From Escherichia phage vB-Eco-KMB26: a DNA stretch of 64,000 nucleotides. Made by a program: the position numbers and the translations under genes. The notes beneath the pieces were generated by a model. The model ran no database searches, had not been told where the DNA came from, and saw nothing but the letters and a program-made list of their open reading frames with translations. This document shows positions 9,949 to 19,863 of this stretch, one piece after another (position 1 is the first letter of the stretch; each line of letters starts with the position of its first letter). The stretch lies in the sequence record OR539218.1; one strand, written 5' to 3'.

Positions 9949-10419
9949 TTAATCATGTGTCCACACCCCATCGGTATTTGACCAAAGTCGCTGATTATCT
10001 GATCCTCGCCACAGCTTTTTGGTCGGAAGATTTTTCTCATACTTCCCATCAATAATAACATCAACATATTTAAGCATTTCTAGCTGTTTAATATCTTCAA
10101 ACTTATATCCTGTCCACAACCAAATGCTTTTATTGGGATAAAGATTTTTAATAGTTTGAACCACAGAGTGAATCACGTCTCTGTTATCAGGATAAAGAGG
10201 GTCACCTCCGGTTATAGTTAATCCTTCTATATAATCATTATTCAAACATTCAATCAATTGTTCTAGTGTTTCACCAGTGAATGGAATACCATTTCTAGCA
10301 TTCCATGTTGATTTATTATAACACCCTTCGCATTTATGCAAACAACCTGTAACGAAAAGAACGACCCTGCAACCAGGGCCATTCACAAAATCGCAAGGAT
10401 AAAATCTATCATAATTCAT
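9949..10419 (-). CDS. nrdG: Anaerobic ribonucleotide reductase activating protein (radical SAM)
   Basis: 156 aa; CLHKCEGC cluster; matches T4 NrdG. Confidence 0.9.
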   Translation of the reverse strand: MNYDRFYPCDFVNGPGCRVVLFVTGCLHKCEGCYNKSTWNARNGIPFTGETLEQLIECLNNDYIEGLTITGGDPLYPDNRDVIHSVVQTIKNLYPNKSIWLWTGYKFEDIKQLEMLKYVDVIIDGKYEKNLPTKKLWRGSDNQRLWSNTDGVWTHD

Positions 10420-12233
10420 TGATGCTTAACCCTATGCATGATTTCTTTATTTTTGCCGAGATTAAATCCGCGTTCGTTCGGATTTCCCAAATAACCACAT
10501 GTTCTTCTTATTGTGTTCATCTTTTTAGGATCAGTTTCTCCACAAATAGAACAAACAAATCCGTTTTCAGTAGGAGTCATTTCATGGGTACTTCCACATG
10601 TAAAACATTTATCTACTGGCATATTAACACCAAAATAATCTAAATGTTGTGCAGCATAATCCCAGACAGCCTCAAGACCTTTTAGGTTATTTTTCATATC
10701 AGGAAGTTCAACATAAGAAATGTGACCACCTGTCGCAATGAAATGATATGGCGCTTCACGAGAAATTTTTTCAAACGGAGTAATATTTTCTTCTACTGAA
10801 ACGTGGAAACTATTAGTATACCAGCCTTTATCGGTAACATCTTTTACACTTCCATATTTTTCTGTATCAAGTTTACAGAAGCGATAACAAAGGTTTTCAG
10901 CAGGAGTCGAATATAAACTAAAAGCAAACCCAGTTCTTTCAGCCCACTGTTTAAGACGAGCATTCATTTTAGTTAAAATTTCTTGTCCAATATCACGACC
11001 AACAAGAATATTCAATTCATGAATACCAATGTATCCTAAAGACACTGAACTTCTACCGTTTTTAAATAACTCAATTATGTCGTCATCAGGTTTAAGACGA
11101 ACCCCGAATGCACCTTCTTGGTAAAGAATAGGAGCAACAGTCGCTTTAACTCCTTTTAAGGAACTAATTCTACACATCAAAGCTTCAAAACATAAATCCA
11201 TTCGCTCATTGAACAATTCAGTAAATTTCTGTTCATTGAACTGTGTTCCAATATAAGAATCCAACGCAATACGAGGAAGATTCAGTGTTACAACACCAAG
11301 ATTATTACGTCCATCAAGAATTTCATTACCGGTTGAATCTTTCCACGCACTCAAGAAACTGCGGCAACCCATTGGAGAAACAGGAATAGATGAGCCGGTG
11401 ATAGCTTTATTGTTCTTAGCTGAAATAATATCAGGATACATCCTTTTGCTTGCACACTCTAGAGCAAGCTGCTTAATATCATAGTTCGGATCGTCTTTAT
11501 AAAGATTAACACCTTCTTCAACGAACATAACAAGCTTAGGGAAAATAGGAGTTATCCCATCACGACCGAGACCTTTAATACGATTTTTCAGAATTGCTTT
11601 CTGAATCATTCGTTCAGTCCAGTCAGTTCCCGTACCAAATGTAATTGTTACAAAAGGAGTCTGTCCGTTTGAACTAAAGAGAGTATTTACTTCATATTCA
11701 TAAGCTTGGAATGCATCGTATACATCTTTTTCTGTTTTAGATTGAGCATAATTTAACGCATCAGCGATTTGCCATTTTTCTGCATCCTCAATATGTTTTG
11801 CATAGGTGCGTTTAACATAAGGAGAAAGTATTTTATCTACATTCGCAAAAGTCGTTCCGCCGTATTGGTGAGAAGCAACTTGCGCAGTAATTTGTGCCAT
11901 AATTGCAGTAGCAACGCCAATTGATTTAGGAGTTTCAATCTGTGCATTACCAAGCTTAAATCCGTTTTCAAGCATTCCTTTTAAATCTACTAAACAACAA
12001 TTAGTAAATGGAAGAGCAGGGGAATAATCAATATCATGGAAATGAATAATTCCGCTTTCATGCGCTTTCATAATAAAAGACGGGACCATATTTTTGGCAA
12101 TGTGTTTAGACACAATACCAGCCATAAGGTCCCGTTGAGTTGGAAAAACACGAGAATCTTTATTAGCATTCTCGTTTAAAAGGTCTTTATTAGTTTTATG
12201 AATCAATCCTTCAATTTCTTTTTCAATTGTCAT
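10416..12233 (-). CDS. nrdD: Anaerobic ribonucleoside-triphosphate reductase, uninterrupted (no intron)
   Basis: 605 aa; C-terminal Zn ribbon and glycyl-radical motif RRTCGYLG; matches spliced T4 NrdD. Confidence 0.93.
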   Translation of the reverse strand: MTIEKEIEGLIHKTNKDLLNENANKDSRVFPTQRDLMAGIVSKHIAKNMVPSFIMKAHESGIIHFHDIDYSPALPFTNCCLVDLKGMLENGFKLGNAQIETPKSIGVATAIMAQITAQVASHQYGGTTFANVDKILSPYVKRTYAKHIEDAEKWQIADALNYAQSKTEKDVYDAFQAYEYEVNTLFSSNGQTPFVTITFGTGTDWTERMIQKAILKNRIKGLGRDGITPIFPKLVMFVEEGVNLYKDDPNYDIKQLALECASKRMYPDIISAKNNKAITGSSIPVSPMGCRSFLSAWKDSTGNEILDGRNNLGVVTLNLPRIALDSYIGTQFNEQKFTELFNERMDLCFEALMCRISSLKGVKATVAPILYQEGAFGVRLKPDDDIIELFKNGRSSVSLGYIGIHELNILVGRDIGQEILTKMNARLKQWAERTGFAFSLYSTPAENLCYRFCKLDTEKYGSVKDVTDKGWYTNSFHVSVEENITPFEKISREAPYHFIATGGHISYVELPDMKNNLKGLEAVWDYAAQHLDYFGVNMPVDKCFTCGSTHEMTPTENGFVCSICGETDPKKMNTIRRTCGYLGNPNERGFNLGKNKEIMHRVKHQ

Positions 12234-12703
12234 TTTAAACTCTTTCTAAGCTGCTTCTTGAATGAAGCTATTAATTGTGTTTTGGTGTCAGATTCATTAT
12301 ATTCAAATCCTCTTTGAAGCATCTCGGCCATCATTTCCTCTTTTCCGAAACGAGAAAATTCCTTTGATTTATCTCCAACAAAGTTAGGGTGAATATTATT
12401 TTGGGTGTAATCGGATTTTAAATAAGTAAGTAAATTTTCTAACCATTCAAGATAATCAACACCTTGTCCCTTTAAGCCAGAACGATTAAATTTATGCTTC
12501 ATTTGACCTTCTGCGGCATTGCATAGATTACAAAGCAATCCACGTACCTTTCCTGCTTTTGGTCCATTTAATTCATGGTCATGATCAAGATGATTAGCTT
12601 GAACATCAGGATTTAGTTCTCGTTGGCAAATTAAGCATTTACCGTTTTGTGCATTATAAAATTTTTGTTTTTCTTCTTTGTATAATTTGCCAGTCAATAA
12701 CAT
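12230..12703 (-). CDS. 49: Endonuclease VII (Holliday junction resolvase)
   Basis: 157 aa; Cys-rich Zn site plus HDHE; matches T4 gp49. Confidence 0.9.
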   Translation of the reverse strand: MLLTGKLYKEEKQKFYNAQNGKCLICQRELNPDVQANHLDHDHELNGPKAGKVRGLLCNLCNAAEGQMKHKFNRSGLKGQGVDYLEWLENLLTYLKSDYTQNNIHPNFVGDKSKEFSRFGKEEMMAEMLQRGFEYNESDTKTQLIASFKKQLRKSLK

Positions 12704-12745
12704 AATAAAACCCTTACCTTAAATAGATAAGGGTATTTATTATTT

Positions 12746-12922
12746 TTAAGTATTGTAAAACATTCGATGCAATCGTTTATACTGTCGAATCATCTTTTTA
12801 GTAGGACGAGAATAGGTTCCTACGCAAGTGGTCATATGAGGGTCCGTAGAATGTCCTTTAATAAAAAGTTTCCAAACCTTACCGCCATTTAACTTTTCAG
12901 TATAAACCAATTCGGTTTTCAT
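12746..12922 (-). CDS. Small ORF (58 aa) whose C-terminus (IRQYKRLHRMFYNT) duplicates the pin C-terminus
   Basis: Hand translation; below ORF-track cutoff; shares a 45-bp imperfect direct repeat with the pin 3' end. Confidence 0.4.
   Translation of the reverse strand: MKTELVYTEKLNGGKVWKLFIKGHSTDPHMTTCVGTYSRPTKKMIRQYKRLHRMFYNT
12747..12791. repeat. Copy 1 of a 45-bp imperfect direct repeat (copy 2 at 12960-13004)
   Basis: taagtattgtaaaacattcgatgcaatcgtttatactgtcgaatc vs caagtattataaaacatttgatgcaatcgcttatattgccgaatc. Confidence 0.8.
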
Positions 12923-12958
12923 TAAAATGTCCTGTCAGAAAAAGAATTTTGAGTTTTT

Positions 12959-13444
12959 TCAAGTATTATAAAACATTTGATGCAATCGCTTATATTGCCG
13001 AATCTTTTGGTCAGAAAAAGAAATTTGAGTTTCAAGCCATTCAATGTACTCTGCGGCAGCTTGCATCAGGTTACCTTCATAGCCATCGTTATTTTCTTGT
13101 GCAGCTAATTTAGCTAATGCGTATGAAATACGTTCACCTTGAAAATCGGCTTTAGGCTTCTGAACAACTTGATTAGTTCGCTCTACAACTTCTTCAATTT
13201 CGCCATTTTCGACTGATTCAGTATTCCACAAGCACCAATACGTAATTGGCTTATCGTAGATGTTAATAATCTTTCCGTCGGAAAGTTCAATTTCAATAAT
13301 TCCAGTGTCAGGCTCTATATCATCTTCACATTCTTTTACAAGTTCACGAACTTTAAAGACAGTACCTGCACTAAGTTCCGGCCAGTAATTACATAGCCCT
13401 GTATCAACACGATTAATTCTAAACCACTTATCTACTGTAATCAT
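12959..13444 (-). CDS. pin: Protease inhibitor Pin-like protein
   Basis: 161 aa from the GGAG-preceded ATG (MITVDKW...); size and position match T4 pin. Confidence 0.7.
   Translation of the reverse strand: MITVDKWFRINRVDTGLCNYWPELSAGTVFKVRELVKECEDDIEPDTGIIEIELSDGKIINIYDKPITYWCLWNTESVENGEIEEVVERTNQVVQKPKADFQGERISYALAKLAAQENNDGYEGNLMQAAAEYIEWLETQISFSDQKIRQYKRLHQMFYNT
12960..13004. repeat. Copy 2 of the 45-bp direct repeat (inside pin 3' end)
   Basis: See copy 1. Confidence 0.8.
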
Positions 13445-13566
13445 GTCCCATCTCCATATCAATTAAGTCATTTATCGTTGGTTCATTATATACTGTTTCT
13501 TCATCAGTGTAAACCGGTTCTTCCGGCTCTGGCTCTACAGTTTCCCATCTAGCCGCCCACCAAGGT

Positions 13567-13737
13567 TTAACCCCGAAGCTTATTAAGTTCTTCATAATCA
13601 ATCCAGGATTCTAATCCTGATGGCAAATCAGATTCAATTTCCCAAAGAAGCTCTTCAATTTTCTGAAGACGATCTAGTTCTTCGGCTGGAATAGTAACCA
13701 TTGACGGAGCTCGTGATACATTAATATCGTAAATCAT
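13567..13737 (-). CDS. Small acidic ORF (56 aa)
   Basis: Hand translation MIYDINVSRAPS...LNKLRG; fills the gap between flanking genes. Confidence 0.35.
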   Translation of the reverse strand: MIYDINVSRAPSMVTIPAEELDRLQKIEELLWEIESDLPSGLESWIDYEELNKLRG

Positions 13738-13739
13738 AT

Positions 13740-13955
13740 TTACCCCAATTTAACCATACAATCGCCGTATTTCCACTTAGAAATAGACTTTTCACCATTA
13801 GAATAATAAACTTCGAGTTTAGCACGATTATTTTTAATTTGAATAACCTTGGCTGTCATCAAAGTTCCATACCCATAATAAACTGCAACTTCATCACCTA
13901 CATATACCGCGCTTCCGCGGTAATCATGAATATAGTCAGTTCCTTCGAGCATCAT
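13740..13955 (-). CDS. Hypothetical small protein
   Basis: 71-aa ORF, 4-nt overlap with nrdC. Confidence 0.5.
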   Translation of the reverse strand: MMLEGTDYIHDYRGSAVYVGDEVAVYYGYGTLMTAKVIQIKNNRAKLEVYYSNGEKSISKWKYGDCMVKLG

Positions 13956-14215
13956 TTAAAATATTCTCGCAGTTGGTCAAATCCACCAATATGACTTCCA
14001 TCAGGAGCAAATACCTGAGGCATTGTCAAGCCGATTTGAGTATCACGACCTAGTTTAGTCAGAAGCTCAGCGATTTTCTCATCATCAAAAACACCTTTTT
14101 CCGGCATAATGTTGATAAATTCAAACGGCTGTTTCTTCACAGTCAAAAGACGTTTTGCATTATCGCAATACACGCATTTATGAATGTTGCTATCATAACC
14201 ATATACTTTAAACAT
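13952..14215 (-). CDS. nrdC: Phage thioredoxin/glutaredoxin NrdC
   Basis: 87 aa; CVYC active site; matches T4 NrdC. Confidence 0.9.
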   Translation of the reverse strand: MFKVYGYDSNIHKCVYCDNAKRLLTVKKQPFEFINIMPEKGVFDDEKIAELLTKLGRDTQIGLTMPQVFAPDGSHIGGFDQLREYFK

Positions 14216-14216
14216 A

Positions 14217-14459
14217 TTATTCCTTAATTCCTAGTACTTGTTTAAAAGTCTCGTCGTAATCAAGACTTTGGCCCGTTTGTTCTTTATGTTTGTATATAAT
14301 ATCACTTACTTCTGATAGCATATTTTTATATGAACGAGTTAAAGCAGATTTAAGCACGCTGTATCTATCAGGAAATTTACCGTGTTCATTATAATAAGCT
14401 ATTGCTAATTCACGGACTGCCTTTTCAGCAGCCTCCATATATTCTTTACGCTTGGTCAT
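14217..14459 (-). CDS. Hypothetical protein (nrdC.1 position)
   Basis: 80-aa ORF. Confidence 0.55.
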   Translation of the reverse strand: MTKRKEYMEAAEKAVRELAIAYYNEHGKFPDRYSVLKSALTRSYKNMLSEVSDIIYKHKEQTGQSLDYDETFKQVLGIKE

Positions 14460-14461
14460 TT

Positions 14462-14851
14462 TTAATCCAAAATATTATTAGGCATTGGTTGAACACTCAC
14501 AAGTTCTTTAAAGAACTCAGTAGAGTCAGGCAATTTAACCATTTCCGGAGCATGCTTACTGAATTTATGTTTACATTGACGGCATTTATATTCAAGCTCT
14601 GGTTTACGCCAGTTAATCAACTGAACTTGTTCAGTACCGCATTCAGGGCAATTAGGAACGTTTTTAGAAGCTCTTTCACGTCGTTCAACCATAGCCATAA
14701 TAGCATCCCATGCTGGAGGTTTAAAATCTAAATCGTCGCAGCCGTGAATCTTTCCACGCATTTCCATATCATCTTCCTCACCAGCCATAATAATTTTAAT
14801 TAAACTGGAATTACTTGAAGCTGCAATGTCTTCTAATAAACGCTTTTTCAT
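14462..14851 (-). CDS. Hypothetical protein with zinc-ribbon-like CPECG...CRQC motif
   Basis: 129-aa ORF; four Cys in CxxC...CxxC spacing. Confidence 0.55.
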   Translation of the reverse strand: MKKRLLEDIAASSNSSLIKIIMAGEEDDMEMRGKIHGCDDLDFKPPAWDAIMAMVERRERASKNVPNCPECGTEQVQLINWRKPELEYKCRQCKHKFSKHAPEMVKLPDSTEFFKELVSVQPMPNNILD

Positions 14852-15777
14852 TTCAATACCTCAATAGCATTACGTAAACCATTTGCTTTTGCATTAAGAG
14901 CTTTTAACAATTTGGTGTGTTCTGCAATTTGGGCTTCAACTTCAATCAAACGGGCATTGAGATATTCACGTTCTTCACTCAGATTATCAACCTTTTCTAC
15001 TTTAGGCTCTTTTACAACTGTCTTATATGTATTAGGGTTCTTCAGTTTAATTAGAATGCGTGAACTGTACAGCATTGAATCATTATCTTCGGTTTCGTCA
15101 TACATTTCCACTACGTCCATCATCTCCACCATCGTGCAGAGTTTATAAGACAACGAACGAATAATTTTGTTGTGCTTATTAATTTCTCTAGCTGTCATGG
15201 TGCCGAGATTACGTGAGTAATAATAAGGAACCTGGATATTAATTAATACTGATGAACCACCTGGCTTGTGTGTTACTTCATCAGCAATAACCCAATCCTT
15301 AACATGAACTGTATTTGTACGGTCATCGCCCGCGGTAAATAGTTTACGAGCATGCTTAAAAAGCATATTCACTTGGTCATTGAATTGACAAGCGAATTTA
15401 TCAGCAAATTTAGTTTCGGGAATGGTAGATAACCAATCAGCCAAATGGGTCTTTTTAACATCGTTAACAATAGTAAATTCAACCAAATCGGTTATAGATG
15501 TCGCAGTTTTAATGAATCTCGGCTTCATAAAGTTTTTAATGTTATCGCGAGCTACAGTAGAAGATAACATACGAGAACGTTTAAACCATTCAAGTAAATT
15601 GCCTAACGAATGAGAATAAGCGTTCTGAGTATCTTTACAGATATGATTTTCCTGGCCAACATACTGAAGGAAATCACGAAGAATATTATTGATTACTGCT
15701 CTGTGTCCTATCTGATAATCACGATGTTTAGTAATAAGACTGTCAAAATAATCAATATAATGTTTACGAGTTTTCAT
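14848..15777 (-). CDS. Hypothetical protein with C-terminal coiled coil; paralog family member 1
   Basis: 309 aa; MKTRKHYIDY start; heptad-rich C-terminal ~50 aa. Confidence 0.6.
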   Translation of the reverse strand: MKTRKHYIDYFDSLITKHRDYQIGHRAVINNILRDFLQYVGQENHICKDTQNAYSHSLGNLLEWFKRSRMLSSTVARDNIKNFMKPRFIKTATSITDLVEFTIVNDVKKTHLADWLSTIPETKFADKFACQFNDQVNMLFKHARKLFTAGDDRTNTVHVKDWVIADEVTHKPGGSSVLINIQVPYYYSRNLGTMTAREINKHNKIIRSLSYKLCTMVEMMDVVEMYDETEDNDSMLYSSRILIKLKNPNTYKTVVKEPKVEKVDNLSEEREYLNARLIEVEAQIAEHTKLLKALNAKANGLRNAIEVLK

Positions 15778-15829
15778 ATTCTTCTCACTTGGTTAATGGT
15801 TTATACTCCGAGCCATCCTTGGCTTTAAA

Positions 15830-16831
15830 TTACTTAATTAACTGTAAAGCTTGTTCAAGACGATCAAGACGATTAACGGATTCTTCCCAAATCTTTTTAG
15901 CCTGCTCATATTCTTTCTGCGCTTTATTAGAAATTTCTAGAACTTCTTTATAAGCTTTTTCTAGTGCAATAACTTCTGGACGAATTTCTACTGGTTCAGG
16001 CGAATCGTCAAGACATTCCATTAGTTCCTCAAGGGTAGTTTCTTCTTTAGGAGTATTCACAATTTCATCACATTTTTGTTGGTAAATTTCTTTATCAGTC
16101 GGTGAGTACGCACACTTTACTTCACGGAGACTAACTACAATTTTATATCCTTCCCAACCGCATATATTCTTAAAAGGATAAGTATGAATATTTTCTACTG
16201 TTTCCATACAAAGTAATGCGGTCTCTAACTGACGAGTTATATCGCTAGCAATTGAGAAAAATTTATTAATGTTCTTTTGATTAGCTTCTGGTGTAAAAAA
16301 TTCATAATTCACAAAAATAGCTGCTTTATTTTTATCAAGCTCATATTCTTTTATGATAATCATATCAGAAGCCCAAGGATGGATTTGACGATAATCACCA
16401 TAGCATAATTTAGAAGTTGATTTTAGAATTTGCTTCTTGAAAAGTCTAAAATTACTAATCCAACGACGAGTAAAAATATTCTCAGGGTCTTCTTTATTAT
16501 TAAGATGATAAGAATTAACATCACCGAACCAACTGTATCCTACTACATCTTTAGTTCGTTTAATTTCTTTCCCAAATTTACCAAGAATATCTTGATTAAC
16601 TAAATATGAAAGAAGACGAGAACCTTTAAAAGTTTCCTTAATATCATCTTTATATTCGCGACTAGAAATTTTATGAACTTCATGAATAAATTTGCTTGAA
16701 GAAACAATACTTGCATCAATATTATTGAGCCATTGATTGATAATGGAAATAACACTATTCTGACTAAACACAGGTTTAACTTTATCATCAATAACGCTAT
16801 TGAATGATTTGATATATTCGTTACGAGTCAT
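15830..16831 (-). CDS. Hypothetical protein with C-terminal coiled coil; paralog family member 2 (ORF track extends to 16882)
   Basis: Start at MTRNEYIKSF, preceded by GAGGAG RBS. Confidence 0.6.
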   Translation of the reverse strand: MTRNEYIKSFNSVIDDKVKPVFSQNSVISIINQWLNNIDASIVSSSKFIHEVHKISSREYKDDIKETFKGSRLLSYLVNQDILGKFGKEIKRTKDVVGYSWFGDVNSYHLNNKEDPENIFTRRWISNFRLFKKQILKSTSKLCYGDYRQIHPWASDMIIIKEYELDKNKAAIFVNYEFFTPEANQKNINKFFSIASDITRQLETALLCMETVENIHTYPFKNICGWEGYKIVVSLREVKCAYSPTDKEIYQQKCDEIVNTPKEETTLEELMECLDDSPEPVEIRPEVIALEKAYKEVLEISNKAQKEYEQAKKIWEESVNRLDRLEQALQLIK

Positions 16832-16859
16832 ATTAATCTCCTCAGTAGAAAGTAAGAAC

Positions 16860-16889
16860 ATTATACCACATCCTTGTGGCAAAGTAAAC
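16860..16889 (-). promoter_or_regulatory. Early promoter (-35 TTTAC, -10 TATAAT)
   Basis: Minus-strand agTTTACtttgccacaaggatgtggTATAAT upstream of the 16831 start. Confidence 0.5.
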
Positions 16890-17911
16890 TAGTTTAGTGC
16901 ATTTAGTGCATTGTTCAGTTTAGAACGTTGCTTCGTAAGATTTTTGACTTTTTCTTGAGCTTTTTCTAGCATCTTTTCAGCTTCTAGCACTTCATTAGTT
17001 GCTTTAACGAGTTCATCATCTACTGCCTTGATAGACTTCTCAATCGCATCCGCGTGCCATTTTTCAACAGGTTTAAGACTCGGATTTTCAATAGGAAGAA
17101 AATTCACTTTATTGAATTTCCATGCATCTTTATTACCTGAGCTATACATCCAAAATTTAGGATCGTTTGATGAGCAATTAGATAAATTTAAGTTATCTTG
17201 CACTTCCTGCTTTTTCTCTTGCGGGACTTCATCCTTTCTCAAAAAATCGTATTTAAATGAAACGATCATATCAAGTTCATACGTTGTTGTATGTTCCCAA
17301 TTTCGCTCAAAATGAGGTAAAATCTTAGACTGAACAGCGGCAACAACATCCATATACTTAAATGCTTCTGTCAACTGTGATTTAAGGCATTCACAAATTG
17401 AAAGAGAATTTTTTGTATTAGGTTTAAAGCTAATTCGTGCAGTTCTATTATTTTCTTTTAATGGTCTTACTTCCATCTGAAGAGTATAACCATCAAATTT
17501 CAGGTTCTTTAAGTTAATGTCAGAACCTTTTAATCGACTAGCCGTCGACAAAATTTGCTTTAATTGTTTACGGAATAGAGCAATAAATCTCCATTCAAGA
17601 CGGTAATGATTTGGATTAAAAAATCCTGTTGATAAATCAACCTTACTCTGACCAACGCCTTGAACAAATAGAGGATTTTTATAATCAATAGTTTTACAGA
17701 AATCGGTGAGCTGTTCGCGAGCAGTCATTTGCGTAATATATCCAGCTTTATCAAAATGTCGCAGCCATTCACTGCTATTCATATACTTAAAGTGATGAAT
17801 AACACGATTAACTTTATCAGGGTCTAAATTATTTTCACACAAAAATGTCATAACATCACGAGTATAGCTGGCATTACGAACCATATCTTCAATTTGAGAA
17901 CGAGTTTTCAT
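16889..17911 (-). CDS. Hypothetical protein with C-terminal coiled coil; paralog family member 3
   Basis: 340 aa; MKTRSQIEDM start. Confidence 0.6.
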   Translation of the reverse strand: MKTRSQIEDMVRNASYTRDVMTFLCENNLDPDKVNRVIHHFKYMNSSEWLRHFDKAGYITQMTAREQLTDFCKTIDYKNPLFVQGVGQSKVDLSTGFFNPNHYRLEWRFIALFRKQLKQILSTASRLKGSDINLKNLKFDGYTLQMEVRPLKENNRTARISFKPNTKNSLSICECLKSQLTEAFKYMDVVAAVQSKILPHFERNWEHTTTYELDMIVSFKYDFLRKDEVPQEKKQEVQDNLNLSNCSSNDPKFWMYSSGNKDAWKFNKVNFLPIENPSLKPVEKWHADAIEKSIKAVDDELVKATNEVLEAEKMLEKAQEKVKNLTKQRSKLNNALNALN

Positions 17912-17919
17912 GGTGTTCC

Positions 17920-18828
17920 TTAAGATTTAAGTAAATCAACGATTTTAATTAATTTTTCACGCTCAGATTTAGCTTTACTACTCAATCCAGATAGTCTGAA
18001 AATTTCATCATCATATTGCTGAATAGAAATATTTAGCTCTTCAATCTGCTTATTAAAATAAGCAATTTGTTCAGAATGTTTTTCATTACTGCGAACTGGT
18101 ACAGGTTTTGTAGGTAATTTAGTTGAACTGGATTCATCTGGGCGATAAATTAAAATGCAATTTGAACCAATCGGACATTTAGCACCAGACACATATTCTA
18201 ATGTTCCGGCTTCTTTTAAAACTTCAAAAGCTAAACAGAGATGATGCCCCATATTAACATAATCTGTAGAGCGAGCTCTGATGTAATAATCATCTCCACG
18301 AGTACTAAATTTAAAGCATTTAAGGTCTTCTGTATTATTGGTCTTAAAAATCATTTGTTTATCTAGACCTTTAGCTAATCGAGCGCCTAATGCTAATAAT
18401 CGTCGTTGATTTTCCCACAAATCCGCAATCATTTGGTCAAATGATAATTTCGGCATTAGTCTACCATAAAGGTCATATCCTTTATTATAATTGCGAAGGA
18501 TTTCACTCGCATTAATACGAGACAACGCTCCAATTTTATTAAGGGCTTTCATGATGCGATTAGATAAACCCATTCCAGATCCGTTTGTTCGTTGCAAATG
18601 TTTATCTAACCCAAACCCAATATCAACTTTAAATTTATCTAAAATTTCAGCATGAACATCTCTGTCAATAACATTCAAATCCAAAGTTGGGTTAAATCTA
18701 TGAAAAAATTTATCTGGCTCTCCACGACGAAGTACAGTCCATTCATTTAATTTTTTATTAACTAAAGATTTAATTACTGCATTGACATTATTAATTACTA
18801 CTGACATATTTTCCTCACTCAATTTCAA
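17920..18828 (-). CDS. Hypothetical protein with C-terminal coiled coil; paralog family member 4
   Basis: 302-aa ORF. Confidence 0.6.
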   Translation of the reverse strand: MKLSEENMSVVINNVNAVIKSLVNKKLNEWTVLRRGEPDKFFHRFNPTLDLNVIDRDVHAEILDKFKVDIGFGLDKHLQRTNGSGMGLSNRIMKALNKIGALSRINASEILRNYNKGYDLYGRLMPKLSFDQMIADLWENQRRLLALGARLAKGLDKQMIFKTNNTEDLKCFKFSTRGDDYYIRARSTDYVNMGHHLCLAFEVLKEAGTLEYVSGAKCPIGSNCILIYRPDESSSTKLPTKPVPVRSNEKHSEQIAYFNKQIEELNISIQQYDDEIFRLSGLSSKAKSEREKLIKIVDLLKS

Positions 18829-19222
18829 TTTTACTAAATATACAGAATAAGATGGAACAGACTATATAAGCACCACACACAGATTGAACTAATACCATTC
18901 CAAAGAACCAAACAATATTATCAAACAATGTCTGTTTTACGTCGAAAGGACGTAAACTTACAGTAATATTATCGCCTTTTTCTATTGATGAATACATCTC
19001 TGGTGAAATATATTCACTAAATCTATAACCGTCTTTGAGTTCATATACGGCAATAAACGATAAACTAGACCCCTTTCCTTGAGTTCCTGTAAGGGTATTA
19101 ACTACAGTAACATCATAATCTTTATAATGCATATAATCATTAATTGCGTAATAACCATATGCAATTGCTATACATAAACAACATATCAATAAATTCAATC
19201 TTTTAATTATCAACTGTTTCAT
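18815..19222 (-). CDS. Membrane protein with hydrophobic segments at both ends
   Basis: 135-aa ORF. Confidence 0.55.
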   Translation of the reverse strand: MKQLIIKRLNLLICCLCIAIAYGYYAINDYMHYKDYDVTVVNTLTGTQGKGSSLSFIAVYELKDGYRFSEYISPEMYSSIEKGDNITVSLRPFDVKQTLFDNIVWFFGMVLVQSVCGAYIVCSILFCIFSKIEIE

Positions 19223-19277
19223 AATAATCTCAATTAAAAGGGCTTAGAACCATTATACCATCCTTGGTATAAAGCGG

Positions 19278-19805
19278 TTATGCGAGTACCGTCTTTAACC
19301 GTTCTTCAAACTTCCGAAGAGTATTCTGGCGTTCAGCTCTTTGCTTTTTGTAAGTTTCAATACGCTCTGAAATGAGAGTGTATCGTTCATTTACTGATTC
19401 TTTCATAAAATCAGGAATTTCACGAGAAGCTTTAATCTCATCAAATTTATCAATAACAGCTTGCTCTTCAGCAATTAAGTTATCATACATCAAAATATCT
19501 TTCTTGATGAACTCAATATCTTCTTGAGTTACACGAGATAATTTAGATGCTTTATCCTTTTTGTACTGTTCGTTAGTATCACGAGACCAGTGTAATGTAC
19601 GATTTTTATTCGTATTCTTGTAAATTTCTACAATACCAATCTCATCGATAATAACGATCCAATTCCAACGAGATTTGTAAATTTGTCCTCCGTCAACCGT
19701 GATTTCACCTCCGATTGAGATGTCATTAAAGAACTTACTTTGTGCTTCAGATTTAAATTTACCATCGTTGTAATTTACCAGGTTGAAAATATCTTTAGCG
19801 TTCAT
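19278..19805 (-). CDS. Hypothetical protein
   Basis: 175-aa ORF; GGAGG RBS; early promoter upstream. Confidence 0.6.
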   Translation of the reverse strand: MNAKDIFNLVNYNDGKFKSEAQSKFFNDISIGGEITVDGGQIYKSRWNWIVIIDEIGIVEIYKNTNKNRTLHWSRDTNEQYKKDKASKLSRVTQEDIEFIKKDILMYDNLIAEEQAVIDKFDEIKASREIPDFMKESVNERYTLISERIETYKKQRAERQNTLRKFEERLKTVLA

Positions 19806-19824
19806 TTTGTGTTCCTCCGTAGTT

Positions 19825-19863
19825 GATAGTTGTATAGTACCACAGAGGAACAGTCTTGTAAAC
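19825..19863 (-). promoter_or_regulatory. Early promoter (-35 GTTTAC, -10 TACTAT, then ACAACTATC)
   Basis: Conserved gatagttgtatagtacc...gtaaac motif on plus strand. Confidence 0.55.

Noticed and set aside
9843-10067. Minus-strand ORF of 74 aa overlapping the nrdG 3' end
   Set aside because: Overlaps nrdG out of frame for 119 nt; nrdG is well supported.
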